DNA from: TPA_inf: Saccharomyces | Taxonomy: Eukaryota | Reading direction: 5' to 3' | NCBI GenBank assembly: GCA_000146045.2 | Contig: BK006939.2 | Coordinates: 192,001-256,000 of the forward strand | Length of the DNA: 64,000 bases | Shown: positions 46,460 through 57,752 of the stretch, piece after piece | How the letters are laid out: every line of letters begins with the position of its first letter | Numbering within the stretch: position 1 is the first letter of the stretch | The notes under the pieces: generated by a model | Seen by the model: the letters and a program-made list of their open reading frames with translations, nothing else | Told to the model about the DNA's origin: nothing | The model's database searches: none | Program-made: the position numbers and the translations under genes

Positions 46460-47623
46460 TTAAATGTTTTCTGTCTCATTGAACCATCTTGACAATCGAA
46501 AGCGCGCTATCAAATTTCTTTCGGCAGTAATTAATAAGGCCGCCTGTATATATTTCCTTTTCTTCTGAAGCGATATTTCATGAGCCGGAAATTTTTCCAG
46601 GAAAGGTTTTAAGTGCTGCCATTCAATGCTTTCAAATGTCTCGAGCAATGATAGAATAACTATCTTGAGTATTTTCAATAGACCCCCTAACTCTTTTTCT
46701 GGGACACCGCTTATTACACTGTAAAAGTTCTTTAAGTAGGTTTTCTTCAAACTCAATTCTCTTTCGAGGTATACTCGACAGTACGCCTTTTTCCGGTTGA
46801 TGCATATTAGTTTATGCTTCGATACAAATCTAATAAGTACATGTATCAGACTTTCGATGATGATAAGTATGTGTTCAATTAATTTCAGAACAGATACGTA
46901 TTTTAATATCTGCGGTTCAAATGTTTGGTTTGTCTTGATTTTGATGAGTTGAATGTTAATAATAGAGTAAATAAGGGTAAAATGCAACGAACACAAGCGC
47001 TTGTAGTCAACTTTATCACATAAATGTTTGCCATCTCCCTGGTCGTAAAAGTTTTGAAGCCATTTTGGATCGTTTTGGTTCTTCTTCAATAAAATTCTAT
47101 TAAACAGAAACTTGGCGATGAAATTGAAAACATGAACGTCTATCAGTGTCCTCTTAAAAGAAGAATCAGAATCTATGCGATGCGAATAATGAGAAACTAA
47201 CAAGATTTGGAGTGTTTGAAACACTTGCGATAACCCTCTAAAGTCAATTTCTTTTGTTTTTAAGCTCAGGATTTTTAGCAGAATTTTATATCTCGGTAAA
47301 AACCAGTTGTTTATATCAGCAGTTGATACATCTTTGCTAAATGATTGCAGCTCCTTTAAACCAACTGCATCTTCGAAGCTTTTGTACTTATTCTGGCAAA
47401 GGAAATTGTATATAGGTTCCAGATGAGCAAACAGTGATTTATTATTCAAAAATCCATTTTCGAAAGGCGCAACCCATTTGTATATATGTTTTGAGTTTTC
47501 CCGAGGATTTATTTTTAAATTTTTTTCACTCTTGAGAGCACCTACATCTTCGACATCTCCTTTCTTTCTTGAAAGTGCCCTCTTCCACAACGTAGGATTC
47601 CTGGATTGAATTAAAGCAAAACA
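46460..47623 (-). CDS. MEI4: Meiotic DSB-formation protein, exon 2 (387 codons + stop)
   Basis: Track ORF 46460..47590 (TTG start) extended upstream in frame to the 3' splice site CAG|. Together with exon 1 this gives 408 aa. Confidence 0.85.
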   Translation of the reverse strand, partial: CFALIQSRNPTLWKRALSRKKGDVEDVGALKSEKNLKINPRENSKHIYKWVAPFENGFLNNKSLFAHLEPIYNFLCQNKYKSFEDAVGLKELQSFSKDVSTADINNWFLPRYKILLKILSLKTKEIDFRGLSQVFQTLQILLVSHYSHRIDSDSSFKRTLIDVHVFNFIAKFLFNRILLKKNQNDPKWLQNFYDQGDGKHLCDKVDYKRLCSLHFTLIYSIINIQLIKIKTNQTFEPQILKYVSVLKLIEHILIIIESLIHVLIRFVSKHKLICINRKKAYCRVYLERELSLKKTYLKNFYSVISGVPEKELGGLLKILKIVILSLLETFESIEWQHLKPFLEKFPAHEISLQKKRKYIQAALLITAERNLIARFRLSRWFNETENI

Positions 47624-47711
47624 CTGTCATAGATAATATTCGAGGAGATTACACCTCTTACTAAAAGTTAGTAAAGAGAAAATAGGTTAAGGATGTGACA
47701 ATTTCACGTAC
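47624..47711 (-). other. MEI4: MEI4 intron, 88 nt, GUACGU...UACUAAC...CAG
   Basis: On the minus strand there is a 5' splice site GTACGT (plus-strand acgtac 47706..47711), a branchpoint TACTAAC (plus-strand gttagta 47667..47673) and a 3' splice site CAG (plus-strand ctg 47624..47626). The frame is restored across the junction, and an in-frame TGA lies inside the intron. Confidence 0.85.
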
Positions 47712-47774
47712 GATTATCCAGTCAACTTCCGATGTTTCCTTTTGTTCCATATCTTCCAGTTTGCCTCTACTCAT
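47712..47774 (-). CDS. MEI4: MEI4 exon 1 (21 codons, MSRGKLEDMEQKETSEVDWII)
   Basis: ATG at 47774..47772. 63 nt, phase 0 into exon 2. Total 21 + 387 = 408 aa. Confidence 0.8.
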
Positions 47775-47862
47775 GTCCTTACTCTTCTAAAAGATTATTT
47801 AATGAAACTGTTTCACAACTACAAGATGTTTGTTATGTTTTCTTTTACAAGTCGGAAACATT

Positions 47863-47872
47863 TAGCCGCCCA
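47863..47872 (-). promoter_or_regulatory. URS1 (Ume6-binding) element, perfect TGGGCGGCTA, about 90 bp upstream of the MEI4 ATG
   Basis: Plus-strand tagccgccca is the reverse complement of TGGGCGGCTA, identical to the SPO13-type URS1 core. MEI4 is an early meiotic gene. Confidence 0.7.
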
Positions 47873-48031
47873 GCAATATATATGACTCCGAAAGAAAATG
47901 AAAGGAAATACATACATAGTAAAATAAATCGTTTAAACATAAATAATCGTACAGAGGAAAACATTAAGGAAGGAGAGTCAAACTAATGTACTGGGAATTT
48001 GGATCTCCCATAAGAAGTATGCGCAATACTT

Positions 48032-49501
48032 TTATTCATCATATAGACTGGAGCTGCGTATCATTTCTTCAATCATTTTCAGAAACCCGTTAACATCACT
48101 ATCCTTGTTTTGAAGGCTTTGATAACTATTATTACCACCATTAATTGTGCATTCTTGCATGTGCAACCTCGAAATTTTCTTCATTTTTTGAACCAATTTT
48201 TCGTAATTTTCAATTTTTTTCTTCATCATTGTGTTTTCTTTGCTTATTTGGTCAAATTCCCTTTGAAGTTGTAATTGTGACATTTTCTTTCTCTGTCGAC
48301 ACTTGGAAGCGGCAATTCTGTTTCGTTCTAGTAGCCTTGCACGCTTCCAAGCTTTAGCACCGTCTTTCAAGCCTGCAGTATTGTTCTCTATTTTTTGGGG
48401 TCTAGCTTCCTGCTTTATTTGGAAGGTTGCTGTAGTGTGCATAGAGGAGAAGGGCGCGGTATGTACGTCTTTCTCACTATTAATATTGTTTTTCAGTGCA
48501 GAAGTGGCATCCTTGTATTGTGGTTTTGAGTTGGCATGTGTTAAATTGACATCAGGGCATTTCGATTCGTATGGAAGGCTGCTTGAAATATTCAACTCGG
48601 CATTTTGGCAGGAATTATTAACAGTGTGGTGATTAACGCCATGGGAAATTGAAGAATGGACGGATTGATTTTCGATATTATGATCATTAATGTTTTGGCA
48701 GGAAGAAGAAGAGGAAACGGAAGAATTAGAGGCTGGAGTACATGGATGCACATTCAATTGAGCGTTTTTCCATGCCTTAGTTTGCATTTGAGCTTGTAAT
48801 CGGAGTTGCATGTTGATGTAAGCCTGATTCATTGTGGAATCGCCAGATGGGATAGAAGGCGTGGCAGAAGGAATGTCACAAGTGGCTGCTACTGCGGGTA
48901 TGTTAAGCTTTATATTGCTATCATACGGGGTCATTGCAGCGTAGATATTCTTGCTACCTGTTTGAGGTGCAGCTTCGGGTATGACTGTAGCTTGTTCGTG
49001 TGGTTGTGGCACGTTTTGCAATTCGTTCGAGCTAAAGCTTGGGTATATGGCTGCGCTTGGATTTGCCACCTGTTGAGGATTGGGATTCTGTTGCGCCTTA
49101 GACGATAGGATCGGAGGCTGACAGTTGTAAAGATTTTCAACCGTTTCTAAGTCTTCGCCTAATTGACTAATCTGACCATTGGAGATAGATATGCGTCTTT
49201 TGTACACGGGCTGATCAAACGCTGGTAAAGAACTTTGAAAAATGGGAGGGTTGGTAATGGGAAGATGGCTGATGTCGACGCCAAAGGGTTGAAACATTGG
49301 ACCCAGGTTTTCTTGCACGCTACGGTCATGCAAACTGTTTTGGTGATGAAAATTGTAGGCAGAATCCACAAGACCAGGACCCGATGGTTGTTTGTATATA
49401 AGCTCCTTGTTTGAAGATAGAAAATCTGTATATAAGAGTGGGTTCTGCCTTCCATCTAGGAAAGAATCTGGACTTGTAGCAAAATTATGCTTATAGTCCA
49501 T
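48032..49501 (-). CDS. ACA1: ATF/CREB-family bZIP transcription factor, 489 aa
   Basis: C-terminal basic region plus leucine zipper (KRARLLERNRIAASKCRQRKK...). 489 aa. Confidence 0.9.
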   Translation of the reverse strand: MDYKHNFATSPDSFLDGRQNPLLYTDFLSSNKELIYKQPSGPGLVDSAYNFHHQNSLHDRSVQENLGPMFQPFGVDISHLPITNPPIFQSSLPAFDQPVYKRRISISNGQISQLGEDLETVENLYNCQPPILSSKAQQNPNPQQVANPSAAIYPSFSSNELQNVPQPHEQATVIPEAAPQTGSKNIYAAMTPYDSNIKLNIPAVAATCDIPSATPSIPSGDSTMNQAYINMQLRLQAQMQTKAWKNAQLNVHPCTPASNSSVSSSSSCQNINDHNIENQSVHSSISHGVNHHTVNNSCQNAELNISSSLPYESKCPDVNLTHANSKPQYKDATSALKNNINSEKDVHTAPFSSMHTTATFQIKQEARPQKIENNTAGLKDGAKAWKRARLLERNRIAASKCRQRKKMSQLQLQREFDQISKENTMMKKKIENYEKLVQKMKKISRLHMQECTINGGNNSYQSLQNKDSDVNGFLKMIEEMIRSSSLYDE

Positions 49502-49867
49502 ACTTTATTTGGTTCCTTAGTCGTTACCTGGTGTTATTCCAGTACTATTAATATAACTCAGTACAATTAGCTGCCGTGAAAAAAAAAAAATAATAAGAAT
49601 ACAGTTTCTGCGCTTTTAGTCGGTAAGCACTCAGATTGAGAGATCTAGATTTACTATATTTTAATAATAACCAGTTAAAGCAGATTTTGAAGATGAACTA
49701 ACATAAAAAAAATTGATGAATTATGTAACATAATCTTCTGTACCACCAGGGTAAATCGCCAAAGAATATCTGCATCTAAGAACAAAAGAAAATGGTGCCC
49801 TAAATATCTTTCAGATGAAAAACTAATTATATATCACTACTAAAAAAAGCCAGAAAAAGAAAAAAAG

Positions 49868-49908
49868 TAAAATAGAAAATAGAAAATAGAAAATAGAAAA
49901 ATAGAAAT
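49868..49908 (+). repeat. (AAAATAGA)n tandem repeat, about 5 copies, ACA1 upstream region
   Basis: aaaatagaaaatagaaaatagaaaatagaaaaatagaaa. Confidence 0.8.
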
Positions 49909-51020
49909 TAAAATTAAGAGCATTTTAAAATTAAGTCTACAAAGTAATACTTGGCATATTGCTTAACTCCTCACGCAGAGCCTTAGCGTACCACTATTTT
50001 ATCTGATACCACAAAAAGCTGCGCTTTGATGGCCCAACGGGGATATAATCGCGCCACTGCTACTCATGTGCTGCAAACTAACAGTGCCAGCAGAAGCGAG
50101 CATTGAAAAACTAAACTTTGCCTTGTTCTGCTTACTTCATGCAGAGGTACAGCTTCGATGTCCTAAGGTTGAACATCATCTTGCTTCGATTTCGGTAGTA
50201 ATCATTTTGCCTGCACGCCATTGTATGAATCTCGTGCCACTCCCTTTTTAACTCCGAGATACAACTTTCCGTGGGGAAAAGTACCGTAGTATTGTAATTT
50301 CGAGAGCATCTTTACGGTAATTGCCCCTCCACACCCAGACGTTACACAACCCTTAGTAAACAGCTGCGGAAAAAAAGTGTGCCTACGCACTGTACGACTC
50401 CTGATTGATTCCTTCATTAGCACTGACTGGCTTACGGTGCACATAAGTTATTAAGAGCAGTTTAATTCAGTTGCTGAATAGTCACGTTGATGAGCACGAA
50501 TACCTGAAACACCAACGGTAATGAATCAATTGGCCTAGCGCATCGTTGTGTGCTTGGGTGTGCCGCACAATGGCAACCAAATACTGCTCGTTCCTGCACT
50601 TCGAAAGAAAAGCAGCCAAAAGAAAACGCGTTTTCCTTTGCGAGCGCTGGTTTGTTCCTCAGTTTGATAGAGGCGTTCAATTGGCAATTTGGGCACTAAC
50701 ACCGATGATAACAAGATATCTTGACTTTGACCTCTGATATTGAGGCGTTCCAACCAATAAGAGGGGCTGACGGTTGAAAATAAGGGTAAAAGAGAGCTAT
50801 TCGGGTTGGGTCGCAGATTAACTTAGAAAACATGTACATGCAAATGTTGTTTTTTACGTACAGAAAGAGGCTGATGGAACCAAAGGAAGCAATAATTTGC
50901 ACCTTGATATTTTGCGCTTTCTGCTTTTGAAACCTTATTATATGCCTTTACATATACTGTCACGCGACATTTTCACCTTCTACAGTGTTTAATGAAAATC
51001 TGGCTTGTGTGCATTATCTT

Positions 51021-51029
51021 TTTTGTGAA
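51021..51029 (-). promoter_or_regulatory. MSE-like (Ndt80 mid-sporulation element) about 155 bp upstream of SPO73
   Basis: Plus-strand ttttgtgaa is the reverse complement of TTCACAAAA, matching the CRCAAAW core. Confidence 0.4.
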
Positions 51030-51179
51030 AGTTTATCTCCGCTTAAACAAAGCGATTGAATCTTGTCTACGTAATTGGGCTCGTGGGACCAAAAGGCTAC
51101 TATTTTCCAGGAAATTGAAGACTTTGCAATCGTAACAAGGTTTCTTTCATCGTTAAAATACAATCATACATAGAGATAT

Positions 51180-51611
51180 ATGGGCAAAAACCATTTCTTG
51201 AAGGATTTCTCTGCTTTACCGGAGGACGTACTCATAGAAAACGAGAGAGGCATAACTTTACTTGGTTACCCACTATTTTCTCCCAAGATTTTACTGCCTC
51301 ACGTTGACCCACCACAATTTCAAAGACTAAACACTGAAAATGGCTCGTTAATTGCCCTGTCGAAAAATACTATATCGAACTTCATAGAACTGTATCCTAT
51401 CGATCTGAGTACTGAACGCACTGCAGGCAGTAGCAGTTCACAGATGACAAAGTGGTTCGTACTGATGGATTACAAGGAAAAGTACGATATTGACGATCAA
51501 GGATGGTGTTATAGCTGGAATTTCAATAACTCTAGGTGGAAATCGAAAAATGGCTTGGTGAGAAGAAGGGTCTGGGTAAGACTACCTACGACCAGTCATG
51601 GATTAGATTAG
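51180..51611 (+). CDS. SPO73: Sporulation protein with dysferlin (DysF) domain, 143 aa
   Basis: 143-aa ORF. Matches SPO73 (YER046W). MSE-like motif in the promoter. Confidence 0.88.
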   Translation: MGKNHFLKDFSALPEDVLIENERGITLLGYPLFSPKILLPHVDPPQFQRLNTENGSLIALSKNTISNFIELYPIDLSTERTAGSSSSQMTKWFVLMDYKEKYDIDDQGWCYSWNFNNSRWKSKNGLVRRRVWVRLPTTSHGLD

Positions 51612-51656
51612 TAATAGTTTACGCTAATATTAAATTGTTTAACAAACTAAGTAGTC

Positions 51657-51809
51657 AAAAAAAAGAAAAAAAAAAAAAAAAAAAAGAAAAGGTGACATTA
51701 TGCAGAACATATTTTATCGATCCGCTTATGTGCACACAGTTTGTCCAGCTAGGCTAGAATATTATTTATTATTACCATTATTATTATATTATTATTATTA
51801 TTATCATCA
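51657..51809 (+). repeat. A-rich tract (about 34 nt) followed by (TTA)n/(ATC)n triplet repeats in the SAP1 3' flank
   Basis: aaaaaaaagaaaaaaaaaaaaaaaaaaaagaaaag, then tattatttattattaccattattattatattattattattattatcatcatca. Confidence 0.8.
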
Positions 51810-54503
51810 TCATGAACCTGATGATCCGAATTGTGAAGCCCACTTTTCGTACTTCACTAATCCGTCCTGGGATACAGAGGGCTTGATATACACTAAACTG
51901 TTCTTAAAATCCACAAGGCCTATGGGTCTTATCATCTCCCTCTCTGTTTCTAATAACTTATCACCCAGATCTCGTAGTGGGCCCATGGCAGCATCCTTCG
52001 CTAAAGACGTTATATCACTTCCTGAATAGCCCTCAGTAATCTTTACCAGTTCATCAAAATCTGATTCGGTTAACGTGTGCTTTTGATGGGAAAGAAGCTT
52101 CTTAAATTGAACGTGTCTGGTCTGGTCCTCTGGTAATGGGATATATTGTCTTCTCACAAATCTTCTCCTTGCAGCCTCATCAATAGACCATGGTAAGTTT
52201 GTCGCGGCAAGTACCAGTACCCTTGTATCATCTTCGTCGCCATTGGTGTCAGAATTGTTAGTGTTACTTTTGTTTGAACCAGCCGCTGCGCTGGACAAGG
52301 ATGACCACTGAACAAGAAATTCATTCTTTATCCTTCGGCTTGACTCATTTTCATTTTCGTTATTCCTACTACCCATGATAGAGTCAATTTCATCAACAAA
52401 TATTATAGAAGGTGACAATTTTTTGGCAATTGCAAATAGTGCCCTCACTAATTTTTCACTTTCACCCAAGTATTTAGATGTCAAACTGGAAGCACTAATA
52501 GAGAAAAAGGTGGAGTGCGACTCTGTAGCTACAGCTCTCGCTAGCATTGTTTTACCTGTACCTGGTGGTCCAAATAAGAGCATCCCCCTGACTGGTTCAC
52601 GTAACCCCCTGAATAAGTCTGGTCTCAAAAACGGATAGACAACTGCTTCCTTCAAAGAATATTTTGCACTTTCTAAACCAGCAATATCATCCCAATGAAC
52701 TTCATCTCCGTGCACTACGATTTCGGCAAAAATTTGCTTTGCAGCTTGCCTATCTACACCTTGTAAACTATCAATAATTTCATCTTCTAAAATCTCCCTC
52801 AGGACTTTCTTGTCTATTTCAGGCTCTTCTCTTTGCTCATTTAGGGAAGTGGCATGTTCAGTGGCATCTTCTGTTCCAACATCTTCTATTTTTGGAGAAC
52901 CGATTTTTTTTTGTGCTGGTATTTTTCGATTCGTTTTACTCATAGACGTGGTTTGATTTTTCGATGGCTTCTTATTCTGGGATGCACCATGCGAGTATGG
53001 TTTTGAGTTACTTACAGGTCTGGAAGGATGGCTACTCGTTTTCTTCGAACTGGAATTTGGGACTTTCGCCGTTTTGGATTTCAAAATGGGGTGACTCTTC
53101 TTCGTAGTGTTTAATGCGGGGTTACTCGCAACCTTTTTGCTGTTCAGAACTCTCTTAGCAGCCATTGCAGCCGTTTTGGGTTTTTGAATTACTGAATTTG
53201 GAACAGTCAGAGAAGAGGTCGGAGACGATGCATTGGATTTGATGATTGGTTTTGTATTACTTTTTGATCTTGTAATAAATGTTGGCGTTGATTTAGTGAT
53301 AAGAGTGGGCGTTGATTTGGTACCCTTTAAGTATGGTACGTGATTATTCTTCATTAATTTTGATATTTGAGGATTCCTAATCTTTGATGAATCCATAGTA
53401 GTAGAAGTTTCTAAACTATGTGGCTTTAGAGCGCCAGTGCTGGACGCTCTATCGACATTTAATAAAGGAGGTGGAGGTAATGAAGGAAGAGCAGGGGCGG
53501 TAGTCGGCAGGGACTGTATGCATGATCCGGGAACATTTTCTGAAGAACTTACACTCTTATTACTGGACGTAGAAGAAGTAACAGACAAGTCAGACATTTG
53601 CTGTTGAATTGCTTCTAACGTTTTTATACGTCGTCTTTCCTCTTTTTCTTCTTCTTCTTCTTCTACGTCGACTTCGGAGAAATTATCATAGTAATCGGAC
53701 ACATCAAACTCGAAACCATCACTTTCTTCTTCATCAAAAACGTTGTGTCCTTTTAAAATGCCGACATCGTGATCATCCTCGTCATTAGTCAAATCTATCA
53801 ATATTGGCTCTGAGATATATTTATCTGAGTACAGTTCAGTTTCCTTCTTAAGTGGAGGATCATTGTGCTCAATAGGGTTCTTGTGCTGTCTGCTTGCATT
53901 GTTGGATAAAGGCTTAGAAGGTACAAAATTTACTCTAATGTTCTCCGCATCTTCTCCGCGTTTTATCGATGTGCTGTTACCATATGATGATAGTGAGGGG
54001 TTGGAGTATGCGGTTTTATAGCCGCATGCATTTCTATTTCTTAATGTTTTCATCATTCTTCCGGGAACCATTTGGAATACAGGAGGTGGTTCAGTAGACC
54101 TTGTGAAAGATGAGCTATGATTAGTGTATGTTTTGGATGACGGCATATCATTCCTGGGAGCAGGCTCTTCTCGGACCAATTTTTTGACTCTTTTCAAATG
54201 CATAACGCTCTTGTGGTACAATTCTCGAATACCGTTCTGTAAACTAACTTCATCTTTCGTGTATGATTGAGTATTTGGGTAGTTATGCTCTATCAATGTC
54301 TGTTTGAATAGTACATCAGTGGTAAGCGCTTTCCATCCTTGCAATGCTTCTTTATATCGTTTTTTCTCTTCTAGGTTCAAGTAATATATTGTCTCATTGG
54401 CAATTCTACTGTAAAGTTCTGTAAAGTCGGTTAACGGTTGTTGAGGTCTTCTCCGTATCTTGGTTAATCTCGTTAAAATATGATGGCTTCTTTGTGAATC
54501 CAT
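51810..54503 (-). CDS. SAP1: AAA-ATPase (katanin/spastin-like), 897 aa
   Basis: C-terminal AAA module (GPPGTGKT Walker A, DEIDS Walker B). The track ORF starts at TTG 54527. The first ATG, 54503, gives 897 aa ([10 protein letters not shown]...). Confidence 0.9.
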   Translation of the reverse strand: MDSQRSHHILTRLTKIRRRPQQPLTDFTELYSRIANETIYYLNLEEKKRYKEALQGWKALTTDVLFKQTLIEHNYPNTQSYTKDEVSLQNGIRELYHKSVMHLKRVKKLVREEPAPRNDMPSSKTYTNHSSSFTRSTEPPPVFQMVPGRMMKTLRNRNACGYKTAYSNPSLSSYGNSTSIKRGEDAENIRVNFVPSKPLSNNASRQHKNPIEHNDPPLKKETELYSDKYISEPILIDLTNDEDDHDVGILKGHNVFDEEESDGFEFDVSDYYDNFSEVDVEEEEEEKEERRRIKTLEAIQQQMSDLSVTSSTSSNKSVSSSENVPGSCIQSLPTTAPALPSLPPPPLLNVDRASSTGALKPHSLETSTTMDSSKIRNPQISKLMKNNHVPYLKGTKSTPTLITKSTPTFITRSKSNTKPIIKSNASSPTSSLTVPNSVIQKPKTAAMAAKRVLNSKKVASNPALNTTKKSHPILKSKTAKVPNSSSKKTSSHPSRPVSNSKPYSHGASQNKKPSKNQTTSMSKTNRKIPAQKKIGSPKIEDVGTEDATEHATSLNEQREEPEIDKKVLREILEDEIIDSLQGVDRQAAKQIFAEIVVHGDEVHWDDIAGLESAKYSLKEAVVYPFLRPDLFRGLREPVRGMLLFGPPGTGKTMLARAVATESHSTFFSISASSLTSKYLGESEKLVRALFAIAKKLSPSIIFVDEIDSIMGSRNNENENESSRRIKNEFLVQWSSLSSAAAGSNKSNTNNSDTNGDEDDTRVLVLAATNLPWSIDEAARRRFVRRQYIPLPEDQTRHVQFKKLLSHQKHTLTESDFDELVKITEGYSGSDITSLAKDAAMGPLRDLGDKLLETEREMIRPIGLVDFKNSLVYIKPSVSQDGLVKYEKWASQFGSSGS

Positions 54504-54981
54504 AGTGTCACAGTGCGATATAATCAATCCTGGTAAAACCGCACGAGTGAAAGGGAAAGAAAAATTGCGTTTGTTAGCTGCAATAAATGTAAAAAGACTA
54601 TATTAAAAAAAGAACTGCAGCCTTTATTATTACCAATATATTTGATAAGAAAGTATATCGGACGCGTATTGTAGTTCTTGGGGAGCCGGTTGCTGTTGCT
54701 TCAGCCTCTTATGACCGTGAATCAAGAATTTTTATTATTCTTGATTTCAATTTTCTCCGCGAATCTCGGCTAAGATGCTTGGGTTGCCAGTGTTAATTCC
54801 ATATATATACTGAATAATAGAAAATAAGTTAAAACATAAGTGCTGAAGACTTGAAAGGTTGGTGTGAGAAAACCCGTATGCCTGTGATATGTCTAGAATA
54901 CATAGGGTTTTTTTTCTTCGCTTTGTAATTGATTGCGCTATATATGAAAAATATACATGAGGCGTTATTAACTTGCTGAGC

Positions 54982-56157
54982 TTATCTGGCCACAGTATGT
55001 TTTTTGTGTTCCTTCTCCTGCTCACCTAGGATTAGCTCTTCAAAAACTCTAGCTTCTTCAGCTTCTTCTGGTGACCTTCTAGCACTGGCAAACTTGTGGG
55101 CAATAAACAGCATTGCTTTTGCCTTTGCAATACGTTCCTTGGAAGGGACCTTTTTATCGTTTAGAATCTTATTGCAAACGTCTTTTAGTTTTCTTTCCAG
55201 TTCAAATTTCGACATAGCCCACATGACACCAAGTGCCTTACCAGCCATTGTGGACTCAAATTTGGCACGTTCATATTGGTCTAGTTCGTCAGTATTGACT
55301 TCACTCATTTTTTCCATGGCTTTTTGAGCTTCTAAGCCTGTAGACAATAAATTGTATGCTGATTTAACAGATCTAGCATTGTCGCGTGTACCAGTGAATA
55401 TTTTAGAAATTCCGTAAGTCTTCTTGGACATGATAAAATTATTCGCTTTTGTCTTGTAAACCCTGGCCAATAAATACAATAACTCTAGACCAAAACTTTC
55501 TAATTTCAAATCCTCGATTTCTTGATCTAGTTTTCGCGTAAATTCCTCCAAGTTATTGGACTTCACAGCAATTAAGTACCTAGAGATTTTTTCGTTCAGT
55601 TTTTCTGCCAACTCGTCGACTTGTTTCATCATATCTTCCCGTCTTTTTTTCTCCATTTCCATTAGCTTCTCTCTTTGCTCCTTCGATAATTTATCTTTTT
55701 TCAAAGATTCAGCTTTATTAGTGTCATGCTTAACCATTCCACCATCAGTGCTCTCATCTGCTTTTTCGGTTTCAGTGGCTGCTGTACCCTCCTCATCTTC
55801 CTTTCCAAACATTTCTGTTGCCTCGTTTAGCTCTTTGAACAAAGAAAATTCTCCAATCCAATCTTTGAAGCCATCACCACCGAATATTGCTGTAAAGTAT
55901 TCAGAAGCATCTTCAAATCCTTGCTGAGGAACAGCATCCTCCTTACCAAACTGGTCATACTTGGAACGAAGCCCTGGATCACTTAAGACTTGGTAGGCCT
56001 CGCCTACGGCTTGAAACTTTGCTTGAGCATCTGGGTCATCAGGATGCTTGTCCGGATGTGTTTCCATAGCCTTTCTACGATAGGCCTTTTTGATTTCAGT
56101 GGGCGTGGCCTCAGGCTTGATGCCCAAAATATCATAATACTCCGTCTCCTTTACCAT
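54982..56157 (-). CDS. CAJ1: Type II Hsp40 (DnaJ) co-chaperone, 391 aa
   Basis: N-terminal J-domain with an HPD motif (ETHPDKHPDD). 391 aa. Confidence 0.93.
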   Translation of the reverse strand: MVKETEYYDILGIKPEATPTEIKKAYRRKAMETHPDKHPDDPDAQAKFQAVGEAYQVLSDPGLRSKYDQFGKEDAVPQQGFEDASEYFTAIFGGDGFKDWIGEFSLFKELNEATEMFGKEDEEGTAATETEKADESTDGGMVKHDTNKAESLKKDKLSKEQREKLMEMEKKRREDMMKQVDELAEKLNEKISRYLIAVKSNNLEEFTRKLDQEIEDLKLESFGLELLYLLARVYKTKANNFIMSKKTYGISKIFTGTRDNARSVKSAYNLLSTGLEAQKAMEKMSEVNTDELDQYERAKFESTMAGKALGVMWAMSKFELERKLKDVCNKILNDKKVPSKERIAKAKAMLFIAHKFASARRSPEEAEEARVFEELILGEQEKEHKKHTVAR

Positions 56158-57108
56158 ATTCCCTCTTTTCTTTTCCTTTGAGTTAATACGTCTTAATTAC
56201 GTGAAGCCGACAATTATCTAAGTTGCTCTTTTTACAGGCGTAAACCATTGGAAAGCAATGGTTACGGCTAACCGCGGATCCGACTATATCACCACTTTAA
56301 CACTTTATCGTCCCTGTTTGTCCTTGGCAGTGTACATTCGCCATCAAATTTTCCGTTCTCCGCCCCATCTTGGTATGACGGGCGAAAACACCGCAGTGAC
56401 GTTCCCAGGGTCTAAAACAATCCATAGGAGAACCACTTCGATTCACTGTCTTACTTCTCAAATACGAAATTTTTTGGATTAATCATCATTGTTTATTTCT
56501 GAAACGCTAACCGAAAGTCTTCATCATTTGATTTGACTCTAGCAGATATTCTCCAGGAAATGTTAGAATGTCCGGTAATTCCGTTTGCTATATTCTATTT
56601 GTTGATACTGATGAGCATCAAAAAATTATGTAATAAGGGTATCAATTCGCATTCTTATATTTAATACATACCCAGTTGTTTGTAGCTGGTTCATATTTAG
56701 CGGCAATTCTCTGTTGCGTAAATGAAAATATTAATGTAAACAAAAAAAGACCAAAACATTTTAGCAGTGTAAGAAGGTGTACTGATACAAAATGTGTTTA
56801 GAGTCTACTGATATGTTACTGACCGTTCGTTGGGAAAAAAATACTGTATCATTTATTAATCAAAAGCGACTTTTGGTGGAATATTATGATATGTGTTGTT
56901 AAAATATGACGTAATTTTAGAATTGTCTGATTCGTATTCAAATTTGGTGAAGGAATAACGCAGAGTTGACAATTTAATAGAATGGATTAATCGTAATTTT
57001 CAGAAACGTAGAAAAAGAAAAACAATTAAAACATTATATTAAGATTATTGATTTGCCTTTTAAGGGTCCATACTCCTGGGAGAGAACATTCAGGATAATA
57101 TATATACC

Positions 57109-57412
57109 TGAGAAACTGGCGAGTAATTTGATAATTGTTCGGATTGCATTGTTGCCGAATCCTATAACATTAGGTATACATAGTATACAAGCAATTCTCC
57201 CGACGTTATAGGAATTCACAAAAGAGAATCGATGGTGTTACTTTATCTTCCTTCCCGTTATACTTTGTCTTTCATTATCCTATTAGATTACATTTCAGTT
57301 TCCATCAATTTTTGATGGCTGTCTCTCAATTTATATTATCTTCTTATACCGTATATGATGGTATACTAGTTTACAATATTAGACGATGGATGATGATTGG
57401 TTCTTATCATAA
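57109..57412 (-). mobile_element. Solo Ty1/Ty2-type delta LTR (about 300 bp, 5' end diverged)
   Basis: The reverse complement aligns with the delta consensus from ...ATCATATACGGT through ...CAATGCAATCCGAACAATTATCAAATTACTCGCCAGTTTCTCA. The TTTCTCA 3' terminus is at 57109. The 5' boundary is approximate. Confidence 0.7.
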
Positions 57413-57444
57413 TTTGATTTCGGCAGAAGCAATATTAGAGGTAT

Positions 57445-57752
57445 TGTTGTAACGAAATTCCAATGTCATCTGCTTAGTATTATTAATGTTACCTGAATAT
57501 TATCACATGCTGCTTAAAAATGTGTTATAAGTATTAAAATCTAGTGAAAGTTGAAATGTAATCTAATAGGATAATGAAACATATGAAACGGAATGAGGAA
57601 TAATCGTTGTATCACTATGTAGAGATATCGATTTCATTTTGAGGATTCCTATATTCTTGGGGAGAACTTCTACTATATTCTGTATACATGATATAATAGC
57701 CTCTCCCAACAATGGAATGCCAACAATTATCGAATTATTCACCAGTTTCTCA
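57445..57752 (+). mobile_element. Solo Ty1/Ty2-type delta LTR (308 bp) with 5-bp target-site duplication GGTAT
   Basis: Starts TGTTGTAACGAAATTCC... and ends ...CAACAATTATCGAATTATTCACCAGTTTCTCA. About 70% identical to the delta consensus. Flanked by ggtat at 57440..57444 and 57753..57757. Confidence 0.8.

Noticed and set aside
50000-50500. Looked for a tRNA or snRNA in the long ACA1-SPO73 intergenic region (1.7 kb)
   Set aside because: No cloverleaf-compatible sequence, no A/B box pair and no Pol III T-run in a plausible arrangement. The small ORFs there (50066..50251 and others) are short and compositionally unremarkable. The region is treated as a large divergent promoter.
57346-57350. ATACC at 57346..57350 as a possible target-site duplication for the minus-strand delta
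   Set aside because: Alignment to the delta consensus runs straight through this pentamer (it is part of TAGTATACCATCATATACGG). It is internal to the LTR, not a flank.
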